A DNA stretch of 64,000 nt, taken from NCBI GenBank assembly GCA_965279525.1, contig CBDIIB010000002.1, forward strand, positions 64,001-128,000. The letters are read 5' to 3'. Numbering within the stretch: position 1 is the stretch's first letter; each line of letters begins with the position of its first letter. The notes under the pieces were generated by a model, which ran no database searches, was not told the DNA's origin, and worked only from the letters and a program-made list of their open reading frames with translations. Source of the stretch: Tagaea sp. (lineage in GTDB: Bacteria; Pseudomonadota; Alphaproteobacteria; CACIAM-22H2). Shown here in pieces: positions 42,390-52,492 of this stretch. The translations under genes were made by a program, and so were the position numbers.

Positions 42390-43891
42390 TGTCGAACGTC
42401 GCCAACCGCGTCCGCAAGGGCTTCTATCTCGACTCTGTCGCGTTGATGCGCCTGTCGCAGACGCTGTCCGCACTTCCGGGCGTGACGTCGGCGGCACTGA
42501 TGATCGGCACGCCGACCAACGTGCGCATCATGGACGATGCGGGCCTGCTCGACGACACGGGCCGCAAGGCAGGCGCCAACGACCTGATCGTCGCGGTCAA
42601 GGCGGCGGACGCTGCCAGTGCCGCGGCCGCCCTCGACGAGGCGGATGCGCTGCTCGCGCGCCCGAACGTGGCGCAGCGGAGTACTGGCGAGCGTCGGCCG
42701 CGTTCGCTCGATGCGGCCATCGCGGGTCTGGGTGGGGCGAGCCTCGCCCTCATCTCGGTGCCGGGCGCGTTCGCGGCGGCCGAGGCGCGCAAGGCGCTGA
42801 CGCGCGGGCTGCATGCGATGATCTTCTCCGACAATGTCAGTTACGAGGACGAGCTTGCGCTGAAGCTCGAGGCGCGCGCGCGCGGGCTCCTGGTGATGGG
42901 GCCGGACTGCGGCACGGCGATGATCGCCGGCACGCCGCTCGCCTTCGCCAACCAGGTGCCCAAGGGCGACATCGGCATCATCGCGGCGGCTGGAACGGGC
43001 CTGCAGGAGGTCGCCTGCCTGATCGCGCGCGGCGGGGCGGGCGTGTCGCACGGCATCGGCACCGGCGGGCGCGACCTTTCGGAAAAGATCGGCGGCCTCA
43101 CGACCCTTTCGGCGATCGACGCGCTCGAAGCCGACCCCGCCACACGCCATATCGTCATCGTCTCGAAACCGCCGGCCAAGGCGGTCGCCGACGCCGTCCT
43201 CGCGCGCGTGGGCCGCAGCCCCAAGCGCTTCACGATCTGCTTCCTGGGTGCCGACGGCACGGGCATGCCGGCCAACGCGCGCTTCGCTCCCACGCTCGCC
43301 GCGGCCGCCGCCGACGCGCTCGGCGGGACAGGCGTGGATTCGAGCTACGATGTGGATGCGCGCGCGGCCGAGGCGCGCGAGCAGCTTGCACCTGCGCGCC
43401 GCTGGGTGCGCGGCATCTACAGCGGCGGCACGCTGTGCGCCGAGGCCCAGCTCGTCATGCGCGGGGCCGACGAGGCCTTCTGGTCGAACGCGCCCGTTCC
43501 TGGCGCACTTCCTCAGCGGCCGGCGTCGGGCCACAGTTTCATCGACTATGGTGCCGACGAATACACGGTCGGCCGCCCGCATCCGATGATCGATCCCACG
43601 GTGCGCGATGCCGCGATGGCGCAGGCACTGGAAGAATCGGGCGTGGCGGTCGTGCTGATCGACATCGTCATCGGCTTCGGCGCGCACGCCGATCCGGCAG
43701 GTGCTGCCGCCCGCGTCGTGGGCGGGGCAGGCGAGAGCCGGCCGGCGGTCGTCGCCTCGGTCGTCGGCACCGATTTCGATCCCCAGCACCGGGCAAGCCA
43801 GGTCCGCAAGCTCGAACAGGCGGGCATCCTCGTTGCCCCCTCCAACGCGCGCGCGGCGGAACTGGCGCTGGCGATCTCACGCCTGCGCTAG
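42389..43891 (+). CDS. fdrA: FdrA-family protein (AllF/YahF-like, acyl-CoA synthetase-like)
   Basis: YLDSVALM, LISVPG, FSDNV, MGPDCGT, GTGLQEV, GTGGRDL, SKPP, SGGTLCAE, YTVGRPHPMIDP. Confidence 0.9.
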   Translation: MSNVANRVRKGFYLDSVALMRLSQTLSALPGVTSAALMIGTPTNVRIMDDAGLLDDTGRKAGANDLIVAVKAADAASAAAALDEADALLARPNVAQRSTGERRPRSLDAAIAGLGGASLALISVPGAFAAAEARKALTRGLHAMIFSDNVSYEDELALKLEARARGLLVMGPDCGTAMIAGTPLAFANQVPKGDIGIIAAAGTGLQEVACLIARGGAGVSHGIGTGGRDLSEKIGGLTTLSAIDALEADPATRHIVIVSKPPAKAVADAVLARVGRSPKRFTICFLGADGTGMPANARFAPTLAAAAADALGGTGVDSSYDVDARAAEAREQLAPARRWVRGIYSGGTLCAEAQLVMRGADEAFWSNAPVPGALPQRPASGHSFIDYGADEYTVGRPHPMIDPTVRDAAMAQALEESGVAVVLIDIVIGFGAHADPAGAAARVVGGAGESRPAVVASVVGTDFDPQHRASQVRKLEQAGILVAPSNARAAELALAISRLR

Positions 43892-44668
43892 GACCGCGAC
43901 GGCGCCTGCAAGCGCGTCCCAGCCCGAGCTGTGGCCGATCGCGTCGATCGCGGCGAGATCGGGTATTGCGCCTTGCGCCAGTGCCGCAAGGGCGGCGTGC
44001 AGGGCGGCCGATCCTTCGCCGCGCGCCGCCGCGCGCAGATGCGCCCAGGCGATTTCACCGGTCGCCGAAGGTGCCGCCGTTTCGAGCCAGACGGCGAGCC
44101 GGTCAGCTTGTTCCGTGCGTCCGATCGCGCGCAGTGCTATCGCGGCCCCGCCCAGCGCGTCGTCGCCGGCAGGCGTCAGGCCCGGGCCGAGCCCGATCAA
44201 TTGCGCGAGTGCCGGTGGCGGCGGTCCGCCGATCCAGTCGCGCAAGGCCAGCAGCGGGCCGATGGATGCCGCGATGAACGGATCGGGACTGTCGTAAGGC
44301 GAGCCGAGGATCGCCGGGATGGCGCTCGCTAGGCCGCGCGGGCCGGCTGCGGCGATCGCGGCCAGTCGCGCCCGCAGCCCTTCCCGGCGCCACGGCCCGG
44401 CTGGTGGCGGGCGCCAGCGGACCAGCCGTTTCCGGTCGAAACGCCCGGGATCCAGCGTTGTTCCGATAGACGGGATCGTGGGCGGGCGCTCACCAAGCGC
44501 GTTCAGCGGGCCGTCGCCAAGGCCCCGGCCGCCGATGCAGGCGAGCTGGCCTGCTCCGTCGCGGACATAGAAGCTCCGCGCGAAGGCGGCGACGACCGTC
44601 AGCGGCCCGCCGCCGGACAGCGCCGTTTCAGCATCGCGCCCGGCGCTGACGAGGTGGATCGGCTCCAT
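43877..44668 (-). CDS. DUF2877 protein (YlbF/AllH-YahE family)
   Basis: GPLN, LIGLGPGLTPAGDD, IGHSSGWDALAG. Confidence 0.85.
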   Translation of the reverse strand: MEPIHLVSAGRDAETALSGGGPLTVVAAFARSFYVRDGAGQLACIGGRGLGDGPLNALGERPPTIPSIGTTLDPGRFDRKRLVRWRPPPAGPWRREGLRARLAAIAAAGPRGLASAIPAILGSPYDSPDPFIAASIGPLLALRDWIGGPPPPALAQLIGLGPGLTPAGDDALGGAAIALRAIGRTEQADRLAVWLETAAPSATGEIAWAHLRAAARGEGSAALHAALAALAQGAIPDLAAIDAIGHSSGWDALAGAVAVLAQA

Positions 44669-44748
44669 GCGGCGGGCATTCTAGTCCGATTGCGCCCGGC
44701 CGCACGATTTGCCAGAGTCCGGGTCCGAGTTTCCAAGGGGTGCCAAAG

Positions 44749-47070
44749 ATGAGTCATTTCGGCAAGGCCCAGACGCCGCGTCGCGTGGAAGATGCCCGCC
44801 TTCTGAAGGGGGCCGGCCGCTATCTCGACGATTTCGTCCTTGCCCGGCAGACCTACGCCGCGTTCGTGCGCAGTCCGCACGGCCATGCCGACATCCGCTC
44901 GATCGACACCGCCGCTGCCATGGCGATGCCCGGCGTGTTCGGCGTGTTCACCGGCGACGATCTCGCCAAGGCCGGCGTGGGCAACGTGCCCTGCATGGCG
45001 CCCCTCAAGAACCGCGACGGCACCACGGTCAAGACACCCGACCGGCCCGCACTTGCACGCGGCCGCGTGCGGTTCGCCGGCGAGGCGGTCGCCCTCGTCG
45101 TCGCCGACACCCCGGAAAACGCGCGCGATGCGGCCGAAGCCGTCGCGATCGACTATGCCCCGCTGCCCGCATCGGGCGACCTGCGCGCCGCGATCCAGCC
45201 CGGCGCCCCGCAGGTGTGGGACCACGTCAAGGGCAACGTCGCGTTCGACTGGGTCATCGGCGACGAGGCCAAGACCAAGGCGCTGTTCGCCAAGGCCGCG
45301 CATGTCGTCGAACTCGACATCGTCAATAACCGCCTCGTGCCCAACTCGATGGAGCCGCGCGGCGCCATCGCCGACTATGCGCGCGGCGAAGACCGCCTGA
45401 CGCTCTATTGCAGCACGCAGGGCGGTTACGGCATGCGCAAGGTGATCGCCGGCGAGATCTTCAAGATCCCCGAGAGCAAGCTGCGCGTCGTCACCGGCGA
45501 TGTCGGCGGCGGTTTCGGCATGAAGATCTTCGTCTTTCCGGAATACGTCGCGTGCCTGCATGCCGCGCGCGTGCTCGAGCGTCCGGTGCGCTGGATTTCC
45601 GACCGCAGCGAGGCGTTCCTTGCCGACACGCACGGGCGCGACAACATCGCCAAGGCGCGCGTCGCGGTCGACGCGAACGGCAAGATGTCGGCAATCCACG
45701 TGTCGACCTACGCCAATCTCGGCGCCTATTGCTCGCAGTACAGCACCTTCGTGGCGACCGGTGCCGGCAATTCGATGCTGGTCGGCGTCTACGCGTTCGA
45801 GGCGGCGATCGCCGAGGTAAAGGGCGTCTATTCGAACACCGCACCCGTTGACGCGTTCCGCGGCGCCGGTCGCCCCGAGGCAAACTATGTCGTCGAGCGG
45901 ATGATCGACGCGGTCGGCAAGAAGCTGGGGATCGCCCCCGACGAGATCCGCCGGCGCAACTTCATCCCGCCCTCGGCGATGCCGTACAAGACGGCGCTGG
46001 GCAACACCTACGACAGCGGCCATTACGTGCAGAATCTCGACGATGCGGTCGCGCGCGCCGACGTGAAGGGCTTCGAGGCGCGCCGCGAGGCGTCCAAGAA
46101 GGCCGGCAAGCTGCGCGGGCTTGGCATCGCGATGTACACCGAGATCTGCGGCGGCGGCGGCGACGAGACGGCGAACATCCAGTTCGACCCGTCGGGCGGG
46201 GCCATCGTCAAGGTCGGCAACCAGTCGAACGGGCAGGGCCACGAGACGGCCTATGCCCAGCTCGTCGCCGAGCATCTCGGCATCCCGATGGACAAGGTGC
46301 GCGTCATCCAGGGCGACACCGACGTGACGATCTACAGCGGCATGACCGGCGGCAGCCGCGCGCTTGCGGTGACGGGTTCGGCCGTGACGCTCGCGGTCAA
46401 GGACGTGATCGCGCGCGGGCGCAAGCTTGCCGCCCACCTGATGGAGGCTGCCGAAGCCGACATCGAGTTCGCCGACGGCACGTTCAAGGTAGCCGGAACC
46501 GACAAGCAGCTGACGGTCAAGGATCTGGCCTACAACGCGCACAACAAGGCCAAGCTGCCGGCCGACCAGCCGGTGGGCCTCCAGGGCGACGGCACGTTCC
46601 TGCCGCCGGGCGCCACGTTCCCGAACGGCTGTCACATCGCCGAGATCGAGATCGATCCGGATACTGGTGCCGTCAGTTTCCAGCGCTACACGATCGTCGA
46701 CGATTTCGGCAACGTGATGAATCCGATGATGCTCGAAGGCCAGGTGCACGGCGGCACGATCCAGGGCATCGGCCAAGCGCTCTACGAGAACTGCGCCTAC
46801 GATCCCGAGACAGGCCAGCTGCTGTCGGGCTCGTACATGGACTATGCGATGCCGCGCGCCGACCGGATGCCGACGATCGACTTCTCGTACAACGAGGTGC
46901 CGTGCAAGAACAACCCGCTGGGCGTCAAGGGTGCGGGCGAAGCGGGCACGATCGGCGCACCGCCGGCGGTCATCCATGCGGTGCTCGACGCGCTGAAGCC
47001 ATATGGTGTGGCGCATATCGACATGCCGGCCACGCCGCAGAAGATCTGGTCGCTGATCCACAAGGCCTGA
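44749..47070 (+). CDS. Xanthine-dehydrogenase-family Mo-binding large subunit (CoxL form II-like)
   Basis: [59 protein letters not shown]. Confidence 0.9.
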   Translation: MSHFGKAQTPRRVEDARLLKGAGRYLDDFVLARQTYAAFVRSPHGHADIRSIDTAAAMAMPGVFGVFTGDDLAKAGVGNVPCMAPLKNRDGTTVKTPDRPALARGRVRFAGEAVALVVADTPENARDAAEAVAIDYAPLPASGDLRAAIQPGAPQVWDHVKGNVAFDWVIGDEAKTKALFAKAAHVVELDIVNNRLVPNSMEPRGAIADYARGEDRLTLYCSTQGGYGMRKVIAGEIFKIPESKLRVVTGDVGGGFGMKIFVFPEYVACLHAARVLERPVRWISDRSEAFLADTHGRDNIAKARVAVDANGKMSAIHVSTYANLGAYCSQYSTFVATGAGNSMLVGVYAFEAAIAEVKGVYSNTAPVDAFRGAGRPEANYVVERMIDAVGKKLGIAPDEIRRRNFIPPSAMPYKTALGNTYDSGHYVQNLDDAVARADVKGFEARREASKKAGKLRGLGIAMYTEICGGGGDETANIQFDPSGGAIVKVGNQSNGQGHETAYAQLVAEHLGIPMDKVRVIQGDTDVTIYSGMTGGSRALAVTGSAVTLAVKDVIARGRKLAAHLMEAAEADIEFADGTFKVAGTDKQLTVKDLAYNAHNKAKLPADQPVGLQGDGTFLPPGATFPNGCHIAEIEIDPDTGAVSFQRYTIVDDFGNVMNPMMLEGQVHGGTIQGIGQALYENCAYDPETGQLLSGSYMDYAMPRADRMPTIDFSYNEVPCKNNPLGVKGAGEAGTIGAPPAVIHAVLDALKPYGVAHIDMPATPQKIWSLIHKA

Positions 47071-47074
47071 TCCC

Positions 47075-47989
47075 ATGGCAGCACCGCCCGACCTCGCGGT
47101 TTCGCCGGAGGTCGCGGCGGCGCTGGCGGCGAGCGCTCCGGTGGTGGCGCTCGAATCCACCATCGTCGCGCACGGCATGCCGTGGCCGCGAAATCTGGAA
47201 ACCGCACGGGCGCTGGAGTCCGAAGTGCGCGCGCAAGGTGCCGTCCCGGCGACCATCGCGGTCCTCGACGGGCGGCTATGCGTGGGGCTGGACGCCGCCG
47301 CCCTCGAACGGCTCGCGACCGACAAGGAAATCTCGAAGGTCTCGCGGCGCGATCTCGCGGCCCTCGTCGCGGGGCGCGGCAGCGGTGCCACGACCGTCGC
47401 GGCGACGATGGCGATCGCGGCGATGGCGGGGATCCGGATCTTCGCCACCGGCGGGATTGGCGGCGTGCATCGCGGCGTCGAGGCCACGATGGATGTATCG
47501 GCCGATCTCTACGAGCTTGGCCGCACGCCTGTGGCAGTGGTGTGCGCGGGTGCCAAATCCATCCTCGACATCCCCCGGACACTCGAACTTCTCGAAAGCC
47601 TCGGCGTTCCGGTCCTCGGCTACCGGACTGGCGATTTCCCTGCCTTCTATGCGCGCAGCAGCGGCCGGCCGGTCGACCGGCGCTGCGAGTCCGCCGGCGA
47701 GATCGCCGCATTGCTGGATGCGCAATTCCGCCTGGGTCTCGGTGGCGTATTGGTCGCCAACCCGATCCCGCCCGAACACGCCCTCGACGCGGCTACGATG
47801 GAAGGCACGATCGCCGAGGCGATCCGCGCGGCCGAGGCCGGGGGAATCGGCGGGCAGGCGCTGACGCCTTATCTGCTGGACCGCCTCAATGCGGTCACCA
47901 AAGGCGCAAGTCTTGCGGCGAACATCGCGCTTGCCCGGAACAATGCGCGGCTGGCGGGCGAGATTGCCGCCGCCTTCGCCCGGCTCTAG
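47075..47989 (+). CDS. psuG: Pseudouridine-5'-phosphate glycosidase
   Basis: PVVALESTIVAHGMP, KVSRRD, ATTVA, FATGGIGGVHRG, DVSADL, GAKSILD, TPYLL. Confidence 0.95.
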   Translation: MAAPPDLAVSPEVAAALAASAPVVALESTIVAHGMPWPRNLETARALESEVRAQGAVPATIAVLDGRLCVGLDAAALERLATDKEISKVSRRDLAALVAGRGSGATTVAATMAIAAMAGIRIFATGGIGGVHRGVEATMDVSADLYELGRTPVAVVCAGAKSILDIPRTLELLESLGVPVLGYRTGDFPAFYARSSGRPVDRRCESAGEIAALLDAQFRLGLGGVLVANPIPPEHALDAATMEGTIAEAIRAAEAGGIGGQALTPYLLDRLNAVTKGASLAANIALARNNARLAGEIAAAFARL

Positions 47990-48402
47990 TCGATCTCGAT
48001 CGCACCGCGATTGGCCTTGATCGTCGAGCGGGCTGCCTTCGACGCGAGGCGCCGGCGCTTCGATCCCTTGGACGGACGGGTCGGCTTGCGGGCTTTGGGC
48101 CGGTGCAGGGCCATGCGCAGCAGCGTGGCGAGCTTTTCGAGCGCGTCCTTGCGGTTCATTTCCTGTGTGCGGTGGCGCGAGGCGTCGATCAGCAGCAGGC
48201 TTGCCCCCGACACGCGCCGGCCGGCGATGGTCCGCAGGCGCTCGATGAACTCGGGCGCCACGCGCAGGCGGCCCAGATCGATGCGCAGCTCGACGGCGGT
48301 CGAGACCTTGTTCACGTTCTGGCCACCCGGCCCGCTGGCGCGCACGAAGCGCCAGTCGAGATCGCGGTCGTCAAGGTCGAGTTCGGGAATCACGCGCGGC
48401 AT
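47986..48402 (-). CDS. arfB: Alternative ribosome-rescue peptidyl-tRNA hydrolase
   Basis: RASGPGGQNVNKVSTAV, RTQEMN, basic C-terminal tail RKPTRPSKGSKRRRL. Confidence 0.93.
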   Translation of the reverse strand: MPRVIPELDLDDRDLDWRFVRASGPGGQNVNKVSTAVELRIDLGRLRVAPEFIERLRTIAGRRVSGASLLLIDASRHRTQEMNRKDALEKLATLLRMALHRPKARKPTRPSKGSKRRRLASKAARSTIKANRGAIEID

Positions 48403-48462
48403 GGCTGGCGGCACAGTCGCCCGACTTGCGCCTGCGGGCAAGCGGGTTTAGGAGTGCGGCCC

Positions 48463-49410
48463 ATGTCCGGGGTCTCGTTCGTCTGCACGGTCTACAACAA
48501 GGAGAAGTTCCTGCCCGCGGTGATCGCCGCGATCTGGCGGCAGGTTCCCGACCGTCCGCGCGAATTCATCTTCGTCGACGACGGCAGCCGCGATGGCTCG
48601 GTCGCCATCGTGCGCGAGCTGACGAAGGACTGGCCCAACTGCCGGATCGTCGAGCAGCCCAACGGCGGCCCGTCGTCGTCGACGAACACCGGGATCGGCC
48701 TTGCCACGCAGACCTGGCTGAAGCTCGTCGGCTCGGACGACGTGCTCGCCCCCTACGCCACGCGCCGGCTGATCGAGGTCGCCGAAGCGACGGGTGCCGG
48801 CGGCGTGTTCGCGAAGATCGGCTTCTACCGCGATGAATCCGAAATCCGCTTCGACGAAGCGGCCGCCGACGCGACACAAGCCGTCGTGCCCACCGATGCG
48901 GTCTGCGAAGTGATCCGCCACGGCGTATCGGGCACCTCGCCCACGCTGTTCCTTACCGAAACGGTCAAGCGGGCCGGCGGCTGCGATCCCGACGTGTTCG
49001 TCGAGGATTTTGCACTTGCGCTGCGCGTGGCGCGGCTTGCCCCGATCGCACGCTTCGACCATGTCGTCACGTGGGGACCGGCAGCCGACGAAACGCGCAT
49101 CATGGTCGGCCAGGGCCATCAGGCGCACCACGATTTCGCGCTGGCACTCGTGCATTTCCTGCGTGCACACCCAGAAATGGCGGCGCGTTACGGCCATCTC
49201 GCCTTCCGCCGTGCGGCCGGGCGGGCGTGGAAATACGCGCGCCGGGCGGCGGGGCTCGGCTGGACCTCGCGCTATCCGTGGCTTAACCTGCGCGCCTATT
49301 TCGGTCCGCCCGGCCATCCGGCCGACGCCATCGCGCGCACGATGGATGTCTATGCCCGCGGTGCCGGACCTGCCGCCAAGCCGATCATCCGCGTGGGAGC
49401 CAGGCGTTGA
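48463..49410 (+). CDS. GT2-family glycosyltransferase
   Basis: VSFVCTVYN, FVDDGSRDGS, NGGPSSSTNTG, GSDD, VEDF. AGGAG RBS. Confidence 0.88.
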   Translation: MSGVSFVCTVYNKEKFLPAVIAAIWRQVPDRPREFIFVDDGSRDGSVAIVRELTKDWPNCRIVEQPNGGPSSSTNTGIGLATQTWLKLVGSDDVLAPYATRRLIEVAEATGAGGVFAKIGFYRDESEIRFDEAAADATQAVVPTDAVCEVIRHGVSGTSPTLFLTETVKRAGGCDPDVFVEDFALALRVARLAPIARFDHVVTWGPAADETRIMVGQGHQAHHDFALALVHFLRAHPEMAARYGHLAFRRAAGRAWKYARRAAGLGWTSRYPWLNLRAYFGPPGHPADAIARTMDVYARGAGPAAKPIIRVGARR

Positions 49411-51023
49411 AGCCGCGTTCGCGCCGGGCTCCCGGCATCTTCGCGATCCTGCTGGCGATGGCGTTCGTCAACCAGCTCTTCTCGTCGGGCGATTTCGTCG
49501 AGCAGCGGCTCCAGCTCCTGCCGTCGGCGGTGTCGCTGGAGCTTGTCCTGCTGCTGGTCCTTTTCGCCGTCGTCGCGCGCGAGCCGCGCCCGCCGGAATT
49601 CGCACTCTGGCTTGGCGCGATCGTCGGCCTTGCGGTCTTCGTCCTGCGCGCGCTCGGCATCGCGATCCCGTGGTTCTTCGGCCGCGATCTCAACGTGGCG
49701 GTGGATTCGCGCTTCGTGCCGGTGTTCGTGAAGCTGCTCTACGAGGCGACGCCGCCGGTCGAATTCGGCCTGCTCGTTGCCGGCATGGCGCTCGCACTCC
49801 TGCTGGCGCTGGCTGGCGTACGCGTGGCCCTTGGCACGCTGTGGCGGGCCATGGCGCTGCGCGGCTGGGCGGGACTTGCGCTCGGATTCGCCGCCCTCGT
49901 CGCCGGCTGGTGGACGATGCCGAAGGCGCCGTCCTCGCCCGATCCGCGCCCGCCCGTTTCGGTCGATGCGGGCAGGGCCGTTTTCGCGGCAGCCGATTCG
50001 GTCCTCCGCGCCGAGGGCCTGCGCGGCGAGCATCGGGCCCGGATCGATGCCGCACAGGCAGCATTGCCGGCGCGCAGCGACTTCGCACCACTTGCCGGGC
50101 GCAGCGTCGTGCTGGTCTTCATCGAATCTTACGGGGCCGTGACCGCACGCGAAGCGACCTTTGCCGCAGCGCTCGATCCGCTGCGTGCGCGCCTCGATGC
50201 GAGTCTCGAAACCGCCGGCTTCGCGCGCGCGACCGGCCTGCTGCGCTCGCCGATCACCGGCGGCGGTTCGTGGATGGCACACGGAACGATGCTGGCGGGC
50301 GTACGGCTTGCCGCACAGGACGCCTATGAAGTGATGCTCGTTTCCGACGTGCGCACGCTCGCCCACCGATTCGCGCAGGCCGGCTACCGCACGCTGGCAT
50401 TGATGCCGCGCATCGACCAGCCTTGGCCCGAGGGCAGGCTCCTCGGCTTCGGTACGATCCGCATCCAGCCTGATCTCGAATATCGCGGCCCCCGGTTCGC
50501 GTGGGAGTCGCTGCCCGACCAGTGGGTTCTCGACCGTTTCGCGCGCACCGAGCTGAAGCCGGCCCCGCTCTTTGCCAAGATCGTTCTCGCCTCCAGCCAT
50601 ACGCCGTTCGAACGCATCCCCGCGTTCGTCGAGGACTGGTCGAAGCTCGCTTCGGAACGGGCCTATGACGGCCTGCCGGTCAAGGAATTCCCGGTCCGTC
50701 GCGGACAGGTGTTCGAGCAGGACGAAGCCTATGTCGCCGCCGTCGCCTATTCGCTCGAATCGGCCATCCGCTTCGCCACCGACCGCACCGATGACGACAC
50801 GCTGTTCATCGTGGTGGGCGACCACCAGCCGCCGCTGACGACCGCACGGCGGACAGGCGACTTCTCGGTGCCGATCCATGTATTCTCGCGCGCGTCCGAA
50901 CTGATCGCGCCGTTCATGCGGCGCGGCTATTTGCCGGGCCTGCAACCACCGCCCGGCATCGCCGCACGCGGCATGGAGGACTTCCTGAAGGACTTTCTCG
51001 CGGATTTCGGCGGCGTGCCATGA
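49407..51023 (+). CDS. Membrane-anchored alkaline-phosphatase/sulfatase-superfamily transferase (LtaS/EptA-like)
   Basis: About 5 N-terminal TM segments, then VLVFIESYG, SPITGGGSWMAH, SSHTPF, VVGDHQP, VPIH. Confidence 0.8.
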   Translation: MKPRSRRAPGIFAILLAMAFVNQLFSSGDFVEQRLQLLPSAVSLELVLLLVLFAVVAREPRPPEFALWLGAIVGLAVFVLRALGIAIPWFFGRDLNVAVDSRFVPVFVKLLYEATPPVEFGLLVAGMALALLLALAGVRVALGTLWRAMALRGWAGLALGFAALVAGWWTMPKAPSSPDPRPPVSVDAGRAVFAAADSVLRAEGLRGEHRARIDAAQAALPARSDFAPLAGRSVVLVFIESYGAVTAREATFAAALDPLRARLDASLETAGFARATGLLRSPITGGGSWMAHGTMLAGVRLAAQDAYEVMLVSDVRTLAHRFAQAGYRTLALMPRIDQPWPEGRLLGFGTIRIQPDLEYRGPRFAWESLPDQWVLDRFARTELKPAPLFAKIVLASSHTPFERIPAFVEDWSKLASERAYDGLPVKEFPVRRGQVFEQDEAYVAAVAYSLESAIRFATDRTDDDTLFIVVGDHQPPLTTARRTGDFSVPIHVFSRASELIAPFMRRGYLPGLQPPPGIAARGMEDFLKDFLADFGGVP

Positions 51024-52492
51024 ACCGGGCCACCGGCCACTCGCAGACCACGCTGGTCAGCGGCGCGCTTCTTGTCACGGCGCAGGCTATCCTCAATCTC
51101 GACATGGCGGGTTCGGTCGTCGCGTTCGCGGCCTTCCTGCTCCTGTGGTTCGCCGTCCGCTTCGGTCTTGCCGACCATCCGCACGACCGCTTCGGTGCCG
51201 CGAACGCGCTGACCTACGCCCGCGCGACATTCGTGTGCCTGCTCGCCGGCATCGCCTGCGGGCAGGTGCCCGACGCGCAAGGCCGGTGGATCCTGGTCAC
51301 GGCGGGCGTCGTTGTCCTGGCGCTCGACGGCGTCGACGGGCTGCTCGCTCGACGGCAGGGTCTGGCCTCGCGCTTCGGTGCCCGGTTCGACATGGAAGCG
51401 GACGCCGCCTTCATGCTCGTCCTGTCGATCCTTGCCGCCCGCGTCGGCGACGCGGGGCTCTGGGTCCTGGCGCTCGGCCTGCCGCGCTATCTCTTTGTCG
51501 CCGCCGGCTGGCGCTATCCCTTTCTTGCCGCGGCCCTGCCGCACAGCGAACGGCGGCGCATCGTCTGCGTCGTGCAGGGTCTGGCCTTGCTGGCGGCACT
51601 TGCCCCGTTCGAAGGTGCCGGCATCGCCGCCGCGACGGGGCTTGCCGCCCTGCTCTGGTCGTTCGCGGTCGACTGCCTCTGGCTCTGGCGCAATGCCGCA
51701 AGCCGCGAACCCGAGCCGGTCGCCGGCCGGATCGCCGGCCTGTTCGGCCTGGCTCGCTCGCTCGCCGTCTATTACGGCATCCCGGGCCGGGCGGCACAGC
51801 TCGACCGGTTCTATGGCGCGTTCGTGCACGAAGGCGGGTTGGCCTTCGATGTCGGCGCCCATGTCGGCAACCGGGTCGCGAGCTGGCGGCGGCTCGGCAG
51901 CCGCGTCGTCGCCATCGAACCGCAACCGCGATATGCCGATCTGCTGCGCCGGATATTCGTCGATGATCCGGCCGTGCGCGTGGATGAAGTGCTGCTCGAC
52001 GCCACGCAAGGCACCGTCGCCCTGCACCTGAGCGACCGCCATCCCACGCTGGCGACCGCGAGCGCCGATTTCATGCGCGACGTGCGCGGGGCCCGCGCGT
52101 TCGATTCCGTCGCCTGGAACCGGTCGATCCCGGTCGCGGCGACGACGCTCGACGCGCTGATCGCGCGCGAAGGCCTGCCCGATTTCGTCAAGATCGACGT
52201 CGAAGGTGCCGAGGCGCGCGTGCTTGCCGGCCTGAGCCAGCCGGTTCCGGCCCTGTCGTTCGAGTATGTGCCGGCGGCGAAGTCGGCGGCACTTGCCTGC
52301 ATCGACCGGATCGCGGCACTGGGCGACTACCGTTTCAACCGCTCGACCGGTGAAAGCCACCGTCTGGAACTCGACGAATGGGCCGACGCGCGCACGATGC
52401 GCGCGTGGCTGGCCGCCCTCACGCCGGATGAGGCGTCGGGCGACGTCTATGCCGAATGGCAAGCACGTCGCGATGGCCCACGCGCAAGCTGA
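51020..52492 (+). CDS. Fusion of CDP-alcohol phosphatidyltransferase and FkbM-family methyltransferase
   Basis: N-half: ANALT and DGVDGLLARRQGLASRFGARFDMEAD. C-half: FDVGAHVG, VAIEPQP, TTLD, KIDVEGAE. Confidence 0.85.
   Translation: MNRATGHSQTTLVSGALLVTAQAILNLDMAGSVVAFAAFLLLWFAVRFGLADHPHDRFGAANALTYARATFVCLLAGIACGQVPDAQGRWILVTAGVVVLALDGVDGLLARRQGLASRFGARFDMEADAAFMLVLSILAARVGDAGLWVLALGLPRYLFVAAGWRYPFLAAALPHSERRRIVCVVQGLALLAALAPFEGAGIAAATGLAALLWSFAVDCLWLWRNAASREPEPVAGRIAGLFGLARSLAVYYGIPGRAAQLDRFYGAFVHEGGLAFDVGAHVGNRVASWRRLGSRVVAIEPQPRYADLLRRIFVDDPAVRVDEVLLDATQGTVALHLSDRHPTLATASADFMRDVRGARAFDSVAWNRSIPVAATTLDALIAREGLPDFVKIDVEGAEARVLAGLSQPVPALSFEYVPAAKSAALACIDRIAALGDYRFNRSTGESHRLELDEWADARTMRAWLAALTPDEASGDVYAEWQARRDGPRAS

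Noticed and set aside
44749-47070. True aerobic CO dehydrogenase (CoxL form I)
   Set aside because: The active-site loop is AFRGAGR, not AYRCSFR, and there are no coxM/coxS or accessory genes adjacent.
47986-48402. arfB as the archaeal-type formamide hydrolase of riboflavin-like clusters
   Set aside because: This is only a name coincidence. The GGQ motif and basic tail identify the ribosome-rescue factor.
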